From a virus (Duplodnaviria > Heunggongvirae > Uroviricota > Caudoviricetes), in IMG/VR virus record IMGVR_UViG_3300021399_004731: a stretch of DNA of 64,000 nucleotides, one strand, 5' to 3'. The translations under genes were made by a program, and so were the position numbers. Each line of letters begins with the position of its first letter. The first letter of the stretch is position 1. Shown piece after piece: positions 50,801-59,975 of this stretch. The notes below the pieces were generated by a model. The model was not told the origin of the DNA. It saw nothing but the letters and a program-made list of their open reading frames with translations, and searched no databases.

Positions 50801-51362
50801 GACAGGTCACATCCTCGAAGCCTACAGAGCCATGAAGAAGTATCAGAACACGGATATTCTCAGTGACATCCTTGCAGATGAGGACTATGATGGCGTCAAT
50901 GTCAGTTTCCTGGCACTCGTCAAGCATATCCAGCGCATCACGACACGCAAGGGTGATGACATGGCTTTCATTTCTGTAGAAGACGAAACATCAGACATTG
51001 AAGGTGTCATTTTCCCAAGAGACTATGAACGCTTAAGAGATGCTCTTGATACATTTGAAGGCAAGCCTGTCATGATAACAGGACGCTATAAGATGGAACG
51101 CAGTCTGAATTCAGATGGCGAGGAAGAAGTCAAGAAGAGCATCATGGTCTCAAAAATTGTCTCTATCGAAAACAAATCTGTCCTCTATCTCAACAGCACC
51201 AACTACACAACAGCAGAGCTGGCTGCCATTGCCAGATACAATGGACTGACAGCCGTCATGCTGGTAGATGAAGAATCCATGACCATGCAGACATTGCCTT
51301 TCAGCGTCAATGCTGACAAATGTGCAGGCATGCTCAAAAAAGGCACTTATATCATTGGATAA
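47844..51362 (+). CDS. dnaE: DNA polymerase III alpha subunit (DnaE type)
   Basis: PHP N-terminus (KTEYSLLNSI...), GPGRGSAAGS, catalytic RVSMPDIDTD, YGFNKSHACAY, OB-fold DDMAFISVEDE. AGGAGG RBS before 47844. Confidence 0.95.
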   Translation: MIQLNVKTEYSLLNSIAKLDDIIATAKRNGANAVGMCDINTLHGIRTFQESCKKAGIKPIMGETMFYHRDDSLSGYHLELYAMNDEGFVSLMNLSTDANIGDANVPIDSKNTVSITTFEKIKKHTKGLICLTGGVVGELYDLVIHERFEEADQLMAELDEMYGRENVYIEITFHNIPEERKFYQSDYIKKLAKTHKVVGTNHIYYIHKEHALHRSLAVEMSPNPERISIYSGYVNYNSEFYYKTDKMMEKVFREAILYYPDIMTNTQEIADRCNAHVHENKTLPSFPLPEGETSAGYLKKLAWKGLRERCFSVIEESQKEEYEKRLAYEFDIINRMGFTDYFLIVQDFINWGKDDKVYEHPEIYFPNMDLSKLDPMVVNKDFSIEFGPGRGSAAGSLLAYCLYITNMDPIKYDLLFERFLNIERVSMPDIDTDMSNADREKVIRYCQNKYGFECVSMIATYQGLNLKSIIKALAKAIGMSYAKSDAITKNIPNKITVEKVNDDGEIEKKEKKPELLDEIRNIDYFKNLIAKDSDVRQIFNMGKILEGLPKATGKHACGVIIGSSPIKNLLPLKEVDGVLVSQYEKNNSEAVGALKMDFLGLQTLDIEQNTKDLVRENYGTELDLLKIPVDDQQTYKLFQDGETGCIFQFESAGMKKMLKQLHPTSLEHLTAANALYRPGPMEFIPDYIKGRKDADSVNYPHEIFKEVTEETYGILVYQEQIMSLVQKMAGFTLGQADVLRRGIGKKIAHYLVEGRQQFIDGAEKEHGVDRQLSSDIYDTIVKFANYGFNKSHACAYAFVAYQTAWLKAHYPECFMAANLTVASQNTDKLPVIFAECKKMGIKILPPELGKSEARFTVEKQEDGSLAIRYGLAAITGISDDYANAVSSIGDADSLPDAIRKLPDECIVTKKLTVLSDAGVFDKFGARKAIDLTIPAIVDFEKKQKEIKGHGFASWLDVLPQKHEVEGYEYPADKKAALERDMLHTTLTGHILEAYRAMKKYQNTDILSDILADEDYDGVNVSFLALVKHIQRITTRKGDDMAFISVEDETSDIEGVIFPRDYERLRDALDTFEGKPVMITGRYKMERSLNSDGEEEVKKSIMVSKIVSIENKSVLYLNSTNYTTAELAAIARYNGLTAVMLVDEESMTMQTLPFSVNADKCAGMLKKGTYIIG

Positions 51363-51590
51363 CATAAAAATGGAGACTGCAATAAGGCAGTCTCCACATT
51401 CTTTTAAAAAAATATAAAATGAAGATTTTTTTGTAAAAATATATGATTAAATATAGATGAGCCTTAAAACAGCTCAAGAAATTTCGCTACTTCAGGACAG
51501 TGCTGACAGCAATATAGTTGTCAGCATTTGTTTTGGATAAGTGCATAAAAAAATATTGCACTATTAACATTATAAGTATATAATATATGT

Positions 51591-51732
51591 GTAGTCATTA
51601 GCGTGGCTATATCAGTGTCATCATTCTGTGCTGGATGGCGAAAACGGCAATTTTATTTCGTGTATCAACAAATGGAATGGATGGTTCTGTATTTACCTTT
51701 TAAATAGCATAGCTATCTCTATAGCTGTTTGA
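51591..51732 (+). ncRNA. Putative antisense antitoxin RNA
   Basis: TTGCAC(51556-61)-17 nt-TATAAT(51579-84) promoter. The transcript is convergent on the 26-aa ORF. Hairpin ATAGCTAT-ctct-ATAGCTGT-TT at about 51709-51730. Confidence 0.45.
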
Positions 51733-51773
51733 ACTACAAGCAAAAACAAATATATCATTTCAAACATACTCAT
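51693..51773 (-). CDS. Putative type I toxin (26-aa hydrophobic peptide)
   Basis: Not in ORF track. GGAGGTGAGG RBS; MSMFEMIYLFLLVVQTAIEIAMLFKR. The ORF is enclosed by a 16-nt complementary pair (51670-51685 / 51880-51895). Confidence 0.6.
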   Translation of the reverse strand: MSMFEMIYLFLLVVQTAIEIAMLFKR

Positions 51774-52005
51774 ATGCCTCACCTCCACATAAGTGCAGGC
51801 GCACAGTACCTCACAATTAATCTTAAATCAATTGAATGAGCACAGTACATTCAGCTTTTGAGCACAGTCAAAATTTATGACCGTCCATTCCATTTCTCAG
51901 TATACAAGAAATGATTCATATTGACCACAAAAAAGAGACCTCTCATTAAGAGGCCTCCTTTTTTTTATTTTTTTGTGTCCGATAAAATTGTATACAATCT
52001 GCTAG

Positions 52006-52689
52006 TTATTTCTTTGCAGTATCAGTTGTCTTTTTGCTGTCTTTACTGTCGTCTTGCACGATTTCTGTAATCTTGTCCTTCTTGACAGTGAACTTGTATC
52101 TGACTGTCTTGGATTTTGCTTTGCCAAGTTCCTTCTTTACGTTCTCTGCATATGCATTATAGAGCGTTTCTCCTGACTTCTTGATATACTGTCCCTGAGT
52201 TATCTTGCCTGCTGTCAGTTCCTGATTATATTTCTCAAGCTTTTCTGAGACAGCCTGCTGAGTCTTTGCTGCAACATCATTGTCATTGAGGACTGAATCA
52301 TCCTTGCAGGTAACATCATAGATATATTCAGTACCATCCTTGATGGTCTTCTTTGAGATTTTCTTATAGGAAATGTCTTCAGATGTCAGATAGGTACTGA
52401 TGAAGTTATCTACGGAATCCTTTGCTTCTGGATAGGATGCCAGCAGATTTCTGTAATTCAGATAGAGATTGCTGGTAAATCCGATAGTATCTGTGATGTC
52501 TTCATTCTTGACATAATCCATGGAGCCATTGATGTCTCCTTTGTCCAATGTTGACAGGTATTTCTCTGGAACCGTCTTGCCTGTCACTATGATGCATGCA
52601 GCAATGGCTGCTATAAGCAGCACACTCACTACGATTCCGATGACGGTTTTCTCTTTGCTAGCAATTTTTGGTTTGGATGTATTGTCCAT
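52006..52689 (-). CDS. Single-TM membrane-anchored hypothetical protein
   Basis: N-terminal TM IGIVVSVLLIAAIAACIIV; AGGAGG RBS. Confidence 0.75.
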   Translation of the reverse strand: MDNTSKPKIASKEKTVIGIVVSVLLIAAIAACIIVTGKTVPEKYLSTLDKGDINGSMDYVKNEDITDTIGFTSNLYLNYRNLLASYPEAKDSVDNFISTYLTSEDISYKKISKKTIKDGTEYIYDVTCKDDSVLNDNDVAAKTQQAVSEKLEKYNQELTAGKITQGQYIKKSGETLYNAYAENVKKELGKAKSKTVRYKFTVKKDKITEIVQDDSKDSKKTTDTAKK

Positions 52690-52724
52690 TACGTTTTTCC
52701 TCCTGAAATTCTTAATATCAATTG

Positions 52725-53591
52725 TTATCTGTTATAACTGTTGTTGTTTGGATTGCTGTTGCCATAGCCATAACCCTGATAGGGCTGATTGCCATAGGAA
52801 GGTATATTGCCATATCCGTTGTTATAGCCATAAGGCTCCTGCTCTTGCTGTTCTGCCTCAAGAACGTTATGCGTCACAGCACTGGCAAACTCTGACTGAG
52901 GCTGCATGGACTGCTTAGGATGCAGAGCACCTGTATCATAGGCAATCATGCCTTTTTCAATATTGATGGTGCGTGCTGGATACTTCTGCACGAGGCTGAT
53001 GTCATGCGTGACAATCAGCACGGTGGAGCCAAGAGCATTGATACGGTGGAATATCTGCATGATGGCATCACTTGTCTCTGGGTCAAGGTTGCCAGTAGGT
53101 TCGTCTGCAATCACAAGTGATGGCCTGTTAGCCAGTGCCCTGGCAATGGCCACTCTCTGCTGCTGCCCGCCTGACAGCTCGCTAGGATAGAAGGATGCCT
53201 TCTCCGTCAGTCCTACAAGCTCAAGACAGTCCCATGCTCTCTGCTTGGCTTCCTTAGTGTCGGTCTCTGTCACCTCAAGAGCAAACAGCACATTCTCAAA
53301 GGCTGTCTTCTTAGGCAGAAGCTGATAGTTCTGGAAGATGACGCCAATGGTACGCCTGTAGAAAGGAATATCCTTGTCCTTCACTTCGGAAAGGTTGATG
53401 TTGTTCACATAGACCTCTCCATAGGTTGGCTTGATTTCCCTGTCCAGCAGCTTGATAAGTGTAGACTTGCCAGCACCAGTCGTACCGATGATGTAGACCA
53501 GCTCTCCATCATTGATTTGCAGGCTGACATTGGACAAGGCATAAGCATTGTCATTGTTATAGTAATGAGAGACATTAGCCAATGTAATCAT
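52725..53591 (-). CDS. ftsE: FtsE-like ABC ATPase with a Y/G/N/Q-rich C-terminal extension
   Basis: GTTGAGKS, IFQNYQLL, LSGGQQQRVAIARA, ADEPTGNLDP, VTHD; FtsE-like RRTIGVIFQ..LLPKKT. Confidence 0.75.
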   Translation of the reverse strand: MITLANVSHYYNNDNAYALSNVSLQINDGELVYIIGTTGAGKSTLIKLLDREIKPTYGEVYVNNINLSEVKDKDIPFYRRTIGVIFQNYQLLPKKTAFENVLFALEVTETDTKEAKQRAWDCLELVGLTEKASFYPSELSGGQQQRVAIARALANRPSLVIADEPTGNLDPETSDAIMQIFHRINALGSTVLIVTHDISLVQKYPARTINIEKGMIAYDTGALHPKQSMQPQSEFASAVTHNVLEAEQQEQEPYGYNNGYGNIPSYGNQPYQGYGYGNSNPNNNSYNR

Positions 53592-53782
53592 GATGACATC
53601 CCTCCTCTACTTTCTTTGCAGTGTGCCACTTCAGCACCACCTCCTATATGATATTCTCTTATTATGCACATGCATCAACATGTTACTCTTATATATAATC
53701 ACAATAATGACATATGTTGCCTGGCTGATGCAAAAAAGGCAAAAATATAGACGCCAGAAATGGCGTCTATATTATTTTAGGA

Positions 53783-54421
53783 TTAATTTCTGTATGTGTC
53801 AGTATCCTTTGAATCGGAGTCATCAATCATGAGAAGCCCATTCAAGGCATACTTACGGGCATAGCTTGAAGCAGAGCCTGTAATCTGAGCAGGGTCAAAG
53901 CCCTTCTTCTCAGTAGCTTCTCTTGCGAAGGCTGATGCAGAAATGCTTTCGTCAGACTTTGTATCGTCAAGACGAGCAGTTGTCTTGACATAGAATCTGT
54001 CACCAACAACGACAATATCATCAGTAATGGTTAAGACAACATGATACTTGAAGCACAAAGGCTTTGCAGCTTCAATGATATCTTCTGTCGTGCGGTAGCT
54101 GTAGTTAGAGAACGAATTATACTTGCTCTTAGGAGCATTCAATTCATTCTGAAGACAAGCCACTCTCATCTTGAATGGCAACTTGCCAATGGCTTCAGGC
54201 GTTACCTTTGACATATCAGGCTTGGCTACAGCTGAGGCGTGAGATGCCGCTGCTTTAGGACGCTGGACCTGAGGCTTAACTGCTGGCTTCACAGCAGGTC
54301 TGACAGCAGGCTTTGTTGCTGGCTTTACTGCTGGCTGTGATGCTGAAGCTTGTGCCTGAGGCTGAGGAGCAGCTGCTCCATTGTTGTTGCTATTTGTTTC
54401 CTTTAAATTCATTTTCATCAT
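53783..54421 (-). CDS. ERF-family single-strand annealing protein
   Basis: LQNELNAPKSKYNSFSNYSYR..EDI..ARE..AQITGSASSYARKYAL; Pro/Ala/Lys N-terminal extension. Confidence 0.9.
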   Translation of the reverse strand: MMKMNLKETNSNNNGAAAPQPQAQASASQPAVKPATKPAVRPAVKPAVKPQVQRPKAAASHASAVAKPDMSKVTPEAIGKLPFKMRVACLQNELNAPKSKYNSFSNYSYRTTEDIIEAAKPLCFKYHVVLTITDDIVVVGDRFYVKTTARLDDTKSDESISASAFAREATEKKGFDPAQITGSASSYARKYALNGLLMIDDSDSKDTDTYRN

Positions 54422-54503
54422 TTATCTTTCCTCTTTTTTTCATTACATGTACATTATAGCATTATGATGTTTTCGTGGCAAATTATTACACAACGAATTT
54501 TAA

Positions 54504-54692
54504 TTATTTGCCACTTTTTTCTAATTCCTTAGTCAGCATCATGATGGAACGATTCATATCTTCCATCATTTTCTGCTGAGCTTCAATGACTTTCACTAAT
54601 GAATTAACATTATCATTGAGTCTTTCTACCTCATTTACAAGTCTTTCGACATTGTTTGAAAAACGATAATCTCCTACTGTTTCTAATAGCAT
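54504..54692 (-). CDS. Small coiled-coil protein
   Basis: 62 aa heptad pattern; GAAAGGAAAGG RBS. Confidence 0.6.
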   Translation of the reverse strand: MLLETVGDYRFSNNVERLVNEVERLNDNVNSLVKVIEAQQKMMEDMNRSIMMLTKELEKSGK

Positions 54693-54725
54693 AACTTAAT
54701 ACCTTTCCTTTCTTTTTTCTTTTCT

Positions 54726-54851
54726 TTAAAACAGTAATCTGCCTGTCAGCAATGAGCCGACAATAATAGCAGCAAATGATATCAGGCCACCAAACACAAC
54801 AGCCAGAAGCATCAATGCAAGAGTATCCTTGAATATCTGAAATATTCTCAC
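54726..54851 (-). CDS. Small 41-aa hydrophobic protein
   Basis: Not in ORF track. GTG start overlaps the upstream ATGTGA stop; MRIFQIFKDTLALMLLAVVFGGLISFAAIIVGSLLTGRLLF. Confidence 0.5.
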   Translation of the reverse strand: MRIFQIFKDTLALMLLAVVFGGLISFAAIIVGSLLTGRLLF

Positions 54852-55150
54852 ATCTTTACAACCTTGCCGCCTTTCTGGCTGAATTCTTCAATCCTGATGT
54901 CCTTGCAGGTCTTGACGCCAATGGCGTTATCCTTGCAGAAGAACACCCAGTCCTGAATGATATCCTTCTGCCATGTTTCATCATCCTGCTGATAGAAATC
55001 AATAATGAATTCAGCAAAATCTGAATGTCCTGACTCATCAGTGAAATCAATGATGACATCATAGCATCCATAGACATCAAAGCCGTAGAGCGGATGGCTC
55101 TTGTCCTTGATAGGATTAGCCATACCTGAAACTAATTCTTCAATTGTCAT
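54848..55150 (-). CDS. Hypothetical protein
   Basis: GAAAGGAG RBS before ATG 55150; promoter motif 55209-55222. Confidence 0.65.
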   Translation of the reverse strand: MTIEELVSGMANPIKDKSHPLYGFDVYGCYDVIIDFTDESGHSDFAEFIIDFYQQDDETWQKDIIQDWVFFCKDNAIGVKTCKDIRIEEFSQKGGKVVKM

Positions 55151-55281
55151 ATTTTCATCTCCTTTCCAGTGCATGCAAATAAAACAATATGCACATATTC
55201 ATGACATCTATAATTAATCATAATGAGACACGAAATTAATAGACATGAAAAAAAGAGACAGAAAATCTGCCTCTCTGTATA

Positions 55282-55743
55282 TTATTGCTGACTGCTATCT
55301 GCTTTTCCTGCATAGTCTTCAGGCACCTGACCATCTTTCTTAACAGACTGCAGGGAAATCTTCTTCATCCTGTTATCTTTAAACTCTGGACATCTTGTCA
55401 GGTTGGAGCATTCGATTCTGTGATATTCATAGAAGTCTTCAATCTTCACTGTCTCGATGTATCTCAGTCTGATGCTTTCATCATGCATTCTGAAATAAGC
55501 AGAAAAGCCTTCAAGCGTATTATGCTCCTCAATATACTTGTTCATCAAATCCATAGCCTTGAGATGCAAATCAGCAGGAAACCTGTTCTTGCATTCAGGA
55601 TTCGTGCATCTGTAGTAGACTTGCCTGAATTCCGTGATGAATTCAAAGTCATAGGGCTTGTCAGGAGCACCGCCACATGGACACACTAGGTCTATCTGCC
55701 CCCACTGGTCAATCTTCTTCATTTTCTTGGACTTATAGCTCAT
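55282..55743 (-). CDS. Hypothetical Zn-finger-like protein
   Basis: CPC...CTNPEC and CSNLTRC motifs; AGGAGG RBS. Confidence 0.6.
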   Translation of the reverse strand: MSYKSKKMKKIDQWGQIDLVCPCGGAPDKPYDFEFITEFRQVYYRCTNPECKNRFPADLHLKAMDLMNKYIEEHNTLEGFSAYFRMHDESIRLRYIETVKIEDFYEYHRIECSNLTRCPEFKDNRMKKISLQSVKKDGQVPEDYAGKADSSQQ

Positions 55744-55767
55744 TGTCTTGACCTCCTGATGCGCCGA

Positions 55768-56079
55768 TTAAATCAAATGCACAACAAATGTCGTAATGAC
55801 GGCATCCAGCTCTTCGCCGTTCATGCCTGTCAGCTTTGTATTCCTGTAGGCAAACTTGTCAGCCGTAATGATGCGTCCATGCTGTGATGCAATCTGTGAT
55901 GCATGCACGACTGCCTTGACGGCATTGCTGACAGCTGTCCTGCCCATTGCTGAGACTTCGACATCACTGTCTGTCTCTAACAGCTTGTAAAGAGAACTGC
56001 CTGCTCTTGCTACATAGCTGTATTCTGTCCTGCCATCGCTTGTTTCAGTCTTTCCTGAACTGATTCTGATTGTTTTCAT
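55768..56079 (-). CDS. SpoVS-like (Alba-fold) protein
   Basis: VEVSAMGRTAVSNAVKAVVHA resembles SpoVS AEIQAIGAGALNQAVKAVAIA; similar C-terminal ..GEELDAVITTFVV strand. Confidence 0.55.
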   Translation of the reverse strand: MKTIRISSGKTETSDGRTEYSYVARAGSSLYKLLETDSDVEVSAMGRTAVSNAVKAVVHASQIASQHGRIITADKFAYRNTKLTGMNGEELDAVITTFVVHLI

Positions 56080-56216
56080 AATTTATTTACCTCACTTGTT
56101 TATTATTTTTTAGAAAAATAGGCGGAGCCACAATCTGCAGCTCTGTCTGATATTTAATCATATTCTAATACTAAAAATGCGAATGCTGCACAGGAGGAAA
56201 AGAGAGCATACAGACC

Positions 56217-57299
56217 CTACCTGCGTCTGACAGTGCTCTTGTCTCTTGCACCTCTCAGTCCCCCACTCTGCTGTGGCTGTGTCTGCTGATACTGTGGTGG
56301 ATTATTATAGGATGTCTGTCCGTTATACTGCTGCTGATACTGGGACTGCTGATAATTATTCTGCTGGTACTGAGGCATTTGAGGCTGATACTGTGTCTGC
56401 TGTAACTGCTGATACTGAGGCTGCTGATACTGATTCTGCTGATTGCTGGCATAGGCAGGAGCCTGCGTCTGCTGTGGCTGATACTGTGTACGAGGCTGCT
56501 GCATGGACTGCATATCCATGTTGTCTACATCAGAATCAATGAAGACACAGATGAGTGAGGCATTGTCCACCTTGCTGTCACTCTCGTCCACCTTTCTGAT
56601 GACCTTTTCCACGCCTCCCTGCACGGATGCATTGTCGCCGTCCTCTGCAAAGCTGTTGAGCACGTCATTAGGCGTAAGCTGGGCAAACAGTCCATCCGTT
56701 GCCAGAAACATGATATCCTTCTCAAATGCCTGCTCCACCCTGACATCCATCATGAACTGCTCCATCAGGCCAAGGCAGCTGGTCACTACGCCTCTTTTTG
56801 GATGAGCATAGAATTCCGATTCCTGAATCTTGCCTGCCTTGAGGTCATTAAAGGCTTCAGAAAAGACAGTGTTGATTCTCTTGAACTCTCCTGAACGGAA
56901 GGTCTGAATCTCCGTGTTGCCGACAGAGCCATAGAGGCACTGCAATGTCATCCTGTTGATGATGACGACTGAAGCAGAGACATAGACACCTGCATATCTG
57001 TCTGAGATGGCGTTGATGGACAGCACTGCCCTTGAAGCCATATAGAGAGCATCCTCCATCATAGGTCTCAGTATATTCATATCATTCACCATTGCTGTCA
57101 TAGGTGTCAGCTTTCTGATGAAGTAGTCATTGATGATGTTGCTGACTAGCTTGCCGACATTGACCATGCCTTTAGTGCATCCATTGCCGTCAAAGATGCT
57201 GATGATGACAAAATCATTGATTTCATGAATGTCAAGAGCATCGCCGTTATAGTCCAGACCGCCAGCTGTCGTCTGTCCATAGGCATATATACGTGCCAT
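56217..57299 (-). CDS. PP2C/PPM-family phosphatase-like protein with a Gln/Tyr-rich tail
   Basis: IFDGNG, FLATDGL and VDNAS motifs; GSVGNT replaces the usual GDS; QQPQYQQ tail. Confidence 0.8.
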   Translation of the reverse strand: MARIYAYGQTTAGGLDYNGDALDIHEINDFVIISIFDGNGCTKGMVNVGKLVSNIINDYFIRKLTPMTAMVNDMNILRPMMEDALYMASRAVLSINAISDRYAGVYVSASVVIINRMTLQCLYGSVGNTEIQTFRSGEFKRINTVFSEAFNDLKAGKIQESEFYAHPKRGVVTSCLGLMEQFMMDVRVEQAFEKDIMFLATDGLFAQLTPNDVLNSFAEDGDNASVQGGVEKVIRKVDESDSKVDNASLICVFIDSDVDNMDMQSMQQPRTQYQPQQTQAPAYASNQQNQYQQPQYQQLQQTQYQPQMPQYQQNNYQQSQYQQQYNGQTSYNNPPQYQQTQPQQSGGLRGARDKSTVRRR

Positions 57300-57457
57300 A
57301 TAGCACACCTCCTTGTGATATTATCTATCTATGCATTTCATTAATATTATTATTGTTTCTTATATATTTAAGCATACAGACAGCTTGTTTGCATGATTAT
57401 TATAAAATTTGTATGTTGAATTTTCATCATTTTTAGGATTAATATGATATAATATCT

Positions 57458-58170
57458 GTAGAGGTTGCTGGATGCCTGAAATTCCAGAAAGCTATGCAAA
57501 AACCTAATCAGCTGGTTTGTCCTAAAGAAATTGGATGCAGACTTTACGGAATGCTTGTATAACCACACGAAGAGTAGTTGCGTGTATAAAGAAAAAGCTA
57601 AGTTTAGCGGAGCTTAACTGAGAAAATTCGCTCGGAACTCGCCTGTCTAAATTGCCATGGTGTCTGACGTTAGCGGCTGGAGAATCTACATGGCCGTTGC
57701 CTAAATGCATGTTATATTAATATAATAAAATATGCACAGGGTTAAAAGTAGGGATTGGAGGCTGAGTGTAAGCTCGTCCAGTCTGACAAGGAATCTAGAA
57801 AACGGATGCTTTATCAGATTGGATAATCTAGTGGAGCGTAAATAACCCACTGGGGACATATCAAGCACTGGAAACGGTGTGGCGGTAGATGCGAACAGAA
57901 GTGAGACGCCGCTTAAGGATATGGCATGTGACAGGATGCTGAAATGCATCTGGAATCACGTGGGCGTGAATCATTATGATATCGTAATGAGACACGTGTG
58001 CATATTGGCAATAAACGGGTGACGGCCGACGAAAGGGCGACGGGGGTCAAAAGACCTCTCACCAGAAGACGCATTCCCTCTCCCCCTAGCGATAGGGGGA
58101 GTACGTCCTCAAGCTCAAACACTCCTCTGAAGCTCTGGGGGTCTTGTTAGGAGCGTAGCAAATAATGTTG
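57458..58170 (+). ncRNA. Candidate large (~710 nt) highly structured ncRNA (ROOL/GOLLD-like size class)
   Basis: Promoter motif 57443-57456. No credible ORF. Dense stems, e.g. TCCAGTCTGA/TCAGATTGGA, TCATTATG/CGTAATGA, GGGGGTC/GACCTCT and CTCCCCCTA-GCGA-TAGGGGGAG. Confidence 0.6.
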
Positions 58171-59975
58171 CACAATATGATGAAAAGCTCTCTAACAGTA
58201 TGTGCAATTCGTCTAATGTTGCATATTCGTGTAACCATTGAAGCAGAATGGATATTTCAAGGCATTCAGAATTGCAGTACCACCAGAGCTGCTCATTAGC
58301 AGGACACAGCGTCACACTAAAAATCAGTCATATATCATCAGAGACACAGGAGTGGATAGCGTTCCTGTGTCTATTGCATTATGCTGGCAATCATGAGGAC
58401 AGCTGTGTCAGCTCATTGAAAGAGGAGTGATGGAGAGAGACGGAATGGCAAGAGCGTCCTGGAAAAGAAGAAGAACCTGAAAAGGAAGAAGCAAAGGCAA
58501 TCAGCTCCCATGCATACAGCGTCTTAAAAGCAAAAGAACAGAGAGTCATCAGCGTCTGCAGACAGTCAGAGACATCACCAGTCCAGCCTCTCCATCAGAC
58601 AGGAGAAGAGCGGCATGAGCGTTTGCGGATGACAGAGGACGGAGTGATGAGGTGGATAGAGAGCGGTTATCATAATGACAGGAGTACATAATATCAGAGA
58701 ATACATACAGACAGCTCTCACACGTACAGCAGTCATGAGTGACAGTCAGACAGTCATGAATGTCATGGGGAAGCCTCATCACGACATAAAGAAATGTGCA
58801 GGCATGGAGAGGAAATAGAGCACTGTAACCTCCATGCATGCACAGAATAATGGCATGTCCGTTTAGTAGAGGGAGGAAGGCTAAAAGGGACAAGAGGACA
58901 TGCATCCTTATTAATATATAGATAGTATTAGTATTAATAGATAGTGTGTATAGTACTTACAGTATTTATAGTGCTTATTTATAGCAACAGTACTGATTAG
59001 TATTTATAGTACTGCTATCCATTCTATTCTCCCCTATCCTGTTCCATTTCCCTATGCATTCTTCCTTAGTTCTATTCAGTTTCCTTATGCCTCTTATCGT
59101 TATCCTATTCCGATACCTCATGAATCATCAATCCACCTATTTCCCTATTCATTCAGACAGCCAGCAGCGACAGACTGCTGGCATTATACGTTTACTGACG
59201 GTAAACAGGCTATCGCATAGCCAGTAATCATTCATCAGGAATCCTATAAGACAGCCCAGCAGAATGCATCAGACAGCAGGACAGACAGTTTTATGTAATG
59301 CATTCCATATAGCATTACACACTATTCAAGTCCATCATTGCAATGCTAGTATGCATTAATGATATTCTATATAATTGCCATGATATCATTACACAGTCAA
59401 CAAATCTCATTGATATGTATTACTGTACAACAATACATTCAATTATTTACATGCTTCTATTATCGTGATAGAGCATGTCTGAGCCGTTTTTATCAAAAGA
59501 GATACAGCAATACCAGAAAGTACAAATACAGCTGTAGCAGATTGTTATGAGTTACAATAGAGACAGCGGACATGATTGCAGGAATTGCAGTGAGGAATAC
59601 TGTAATGAAGCAGATGAGGCTCCTGCTTTTGGAATTCATGCTGGATGCTTATTAGAGTACGAGAAATAAAAACGAAAAAGGCGTAGATAATTTCTACAAA
59701 ACAAGGTTTGATGAATTAGCTGGGAAATAAAAACGCAAAAACCGTTTTTATTAGGATTTAGACGGAAGACATCATCATGACATTTCCTCTGTACTTTCTG
59801 CAGTAGTCATCATCCTCTTGTTTCTGTTTCTTTCTGTCCTTAAAAGTTGCACAATATAGCATTATACGCAACATTATGAAAATAATATAAAAGACATAGA
59901 GTTACAAAATATAGCTATATATGCAACTATACAGCAAATAAAAAGAGACAGCAATCACTGTCTCATGATGATGTA

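Noticed and set aside
57458-58170. Group II intron interpretation of the large structured region
   Set aside because: No GTGCG 5' end, no domain V (AGC/CGC triad helix), no interrupted host gene or RT ORF seen.
58429-58690. Possible frameshifted ORF after GAAAGAGGAG RBS (ETEWQERPGKEEEPEKEE...)
   Set aside because: The in-frame ORF is only 16 codons; the longer frame lacks a start and is explained by purine-rich composition.
59681-59696. GTAGATAATTTCTAC, resembling parts of a Cas12a repeat
   Set aside because: Single copy, halves in the wrong order, no spacers or cas genes.
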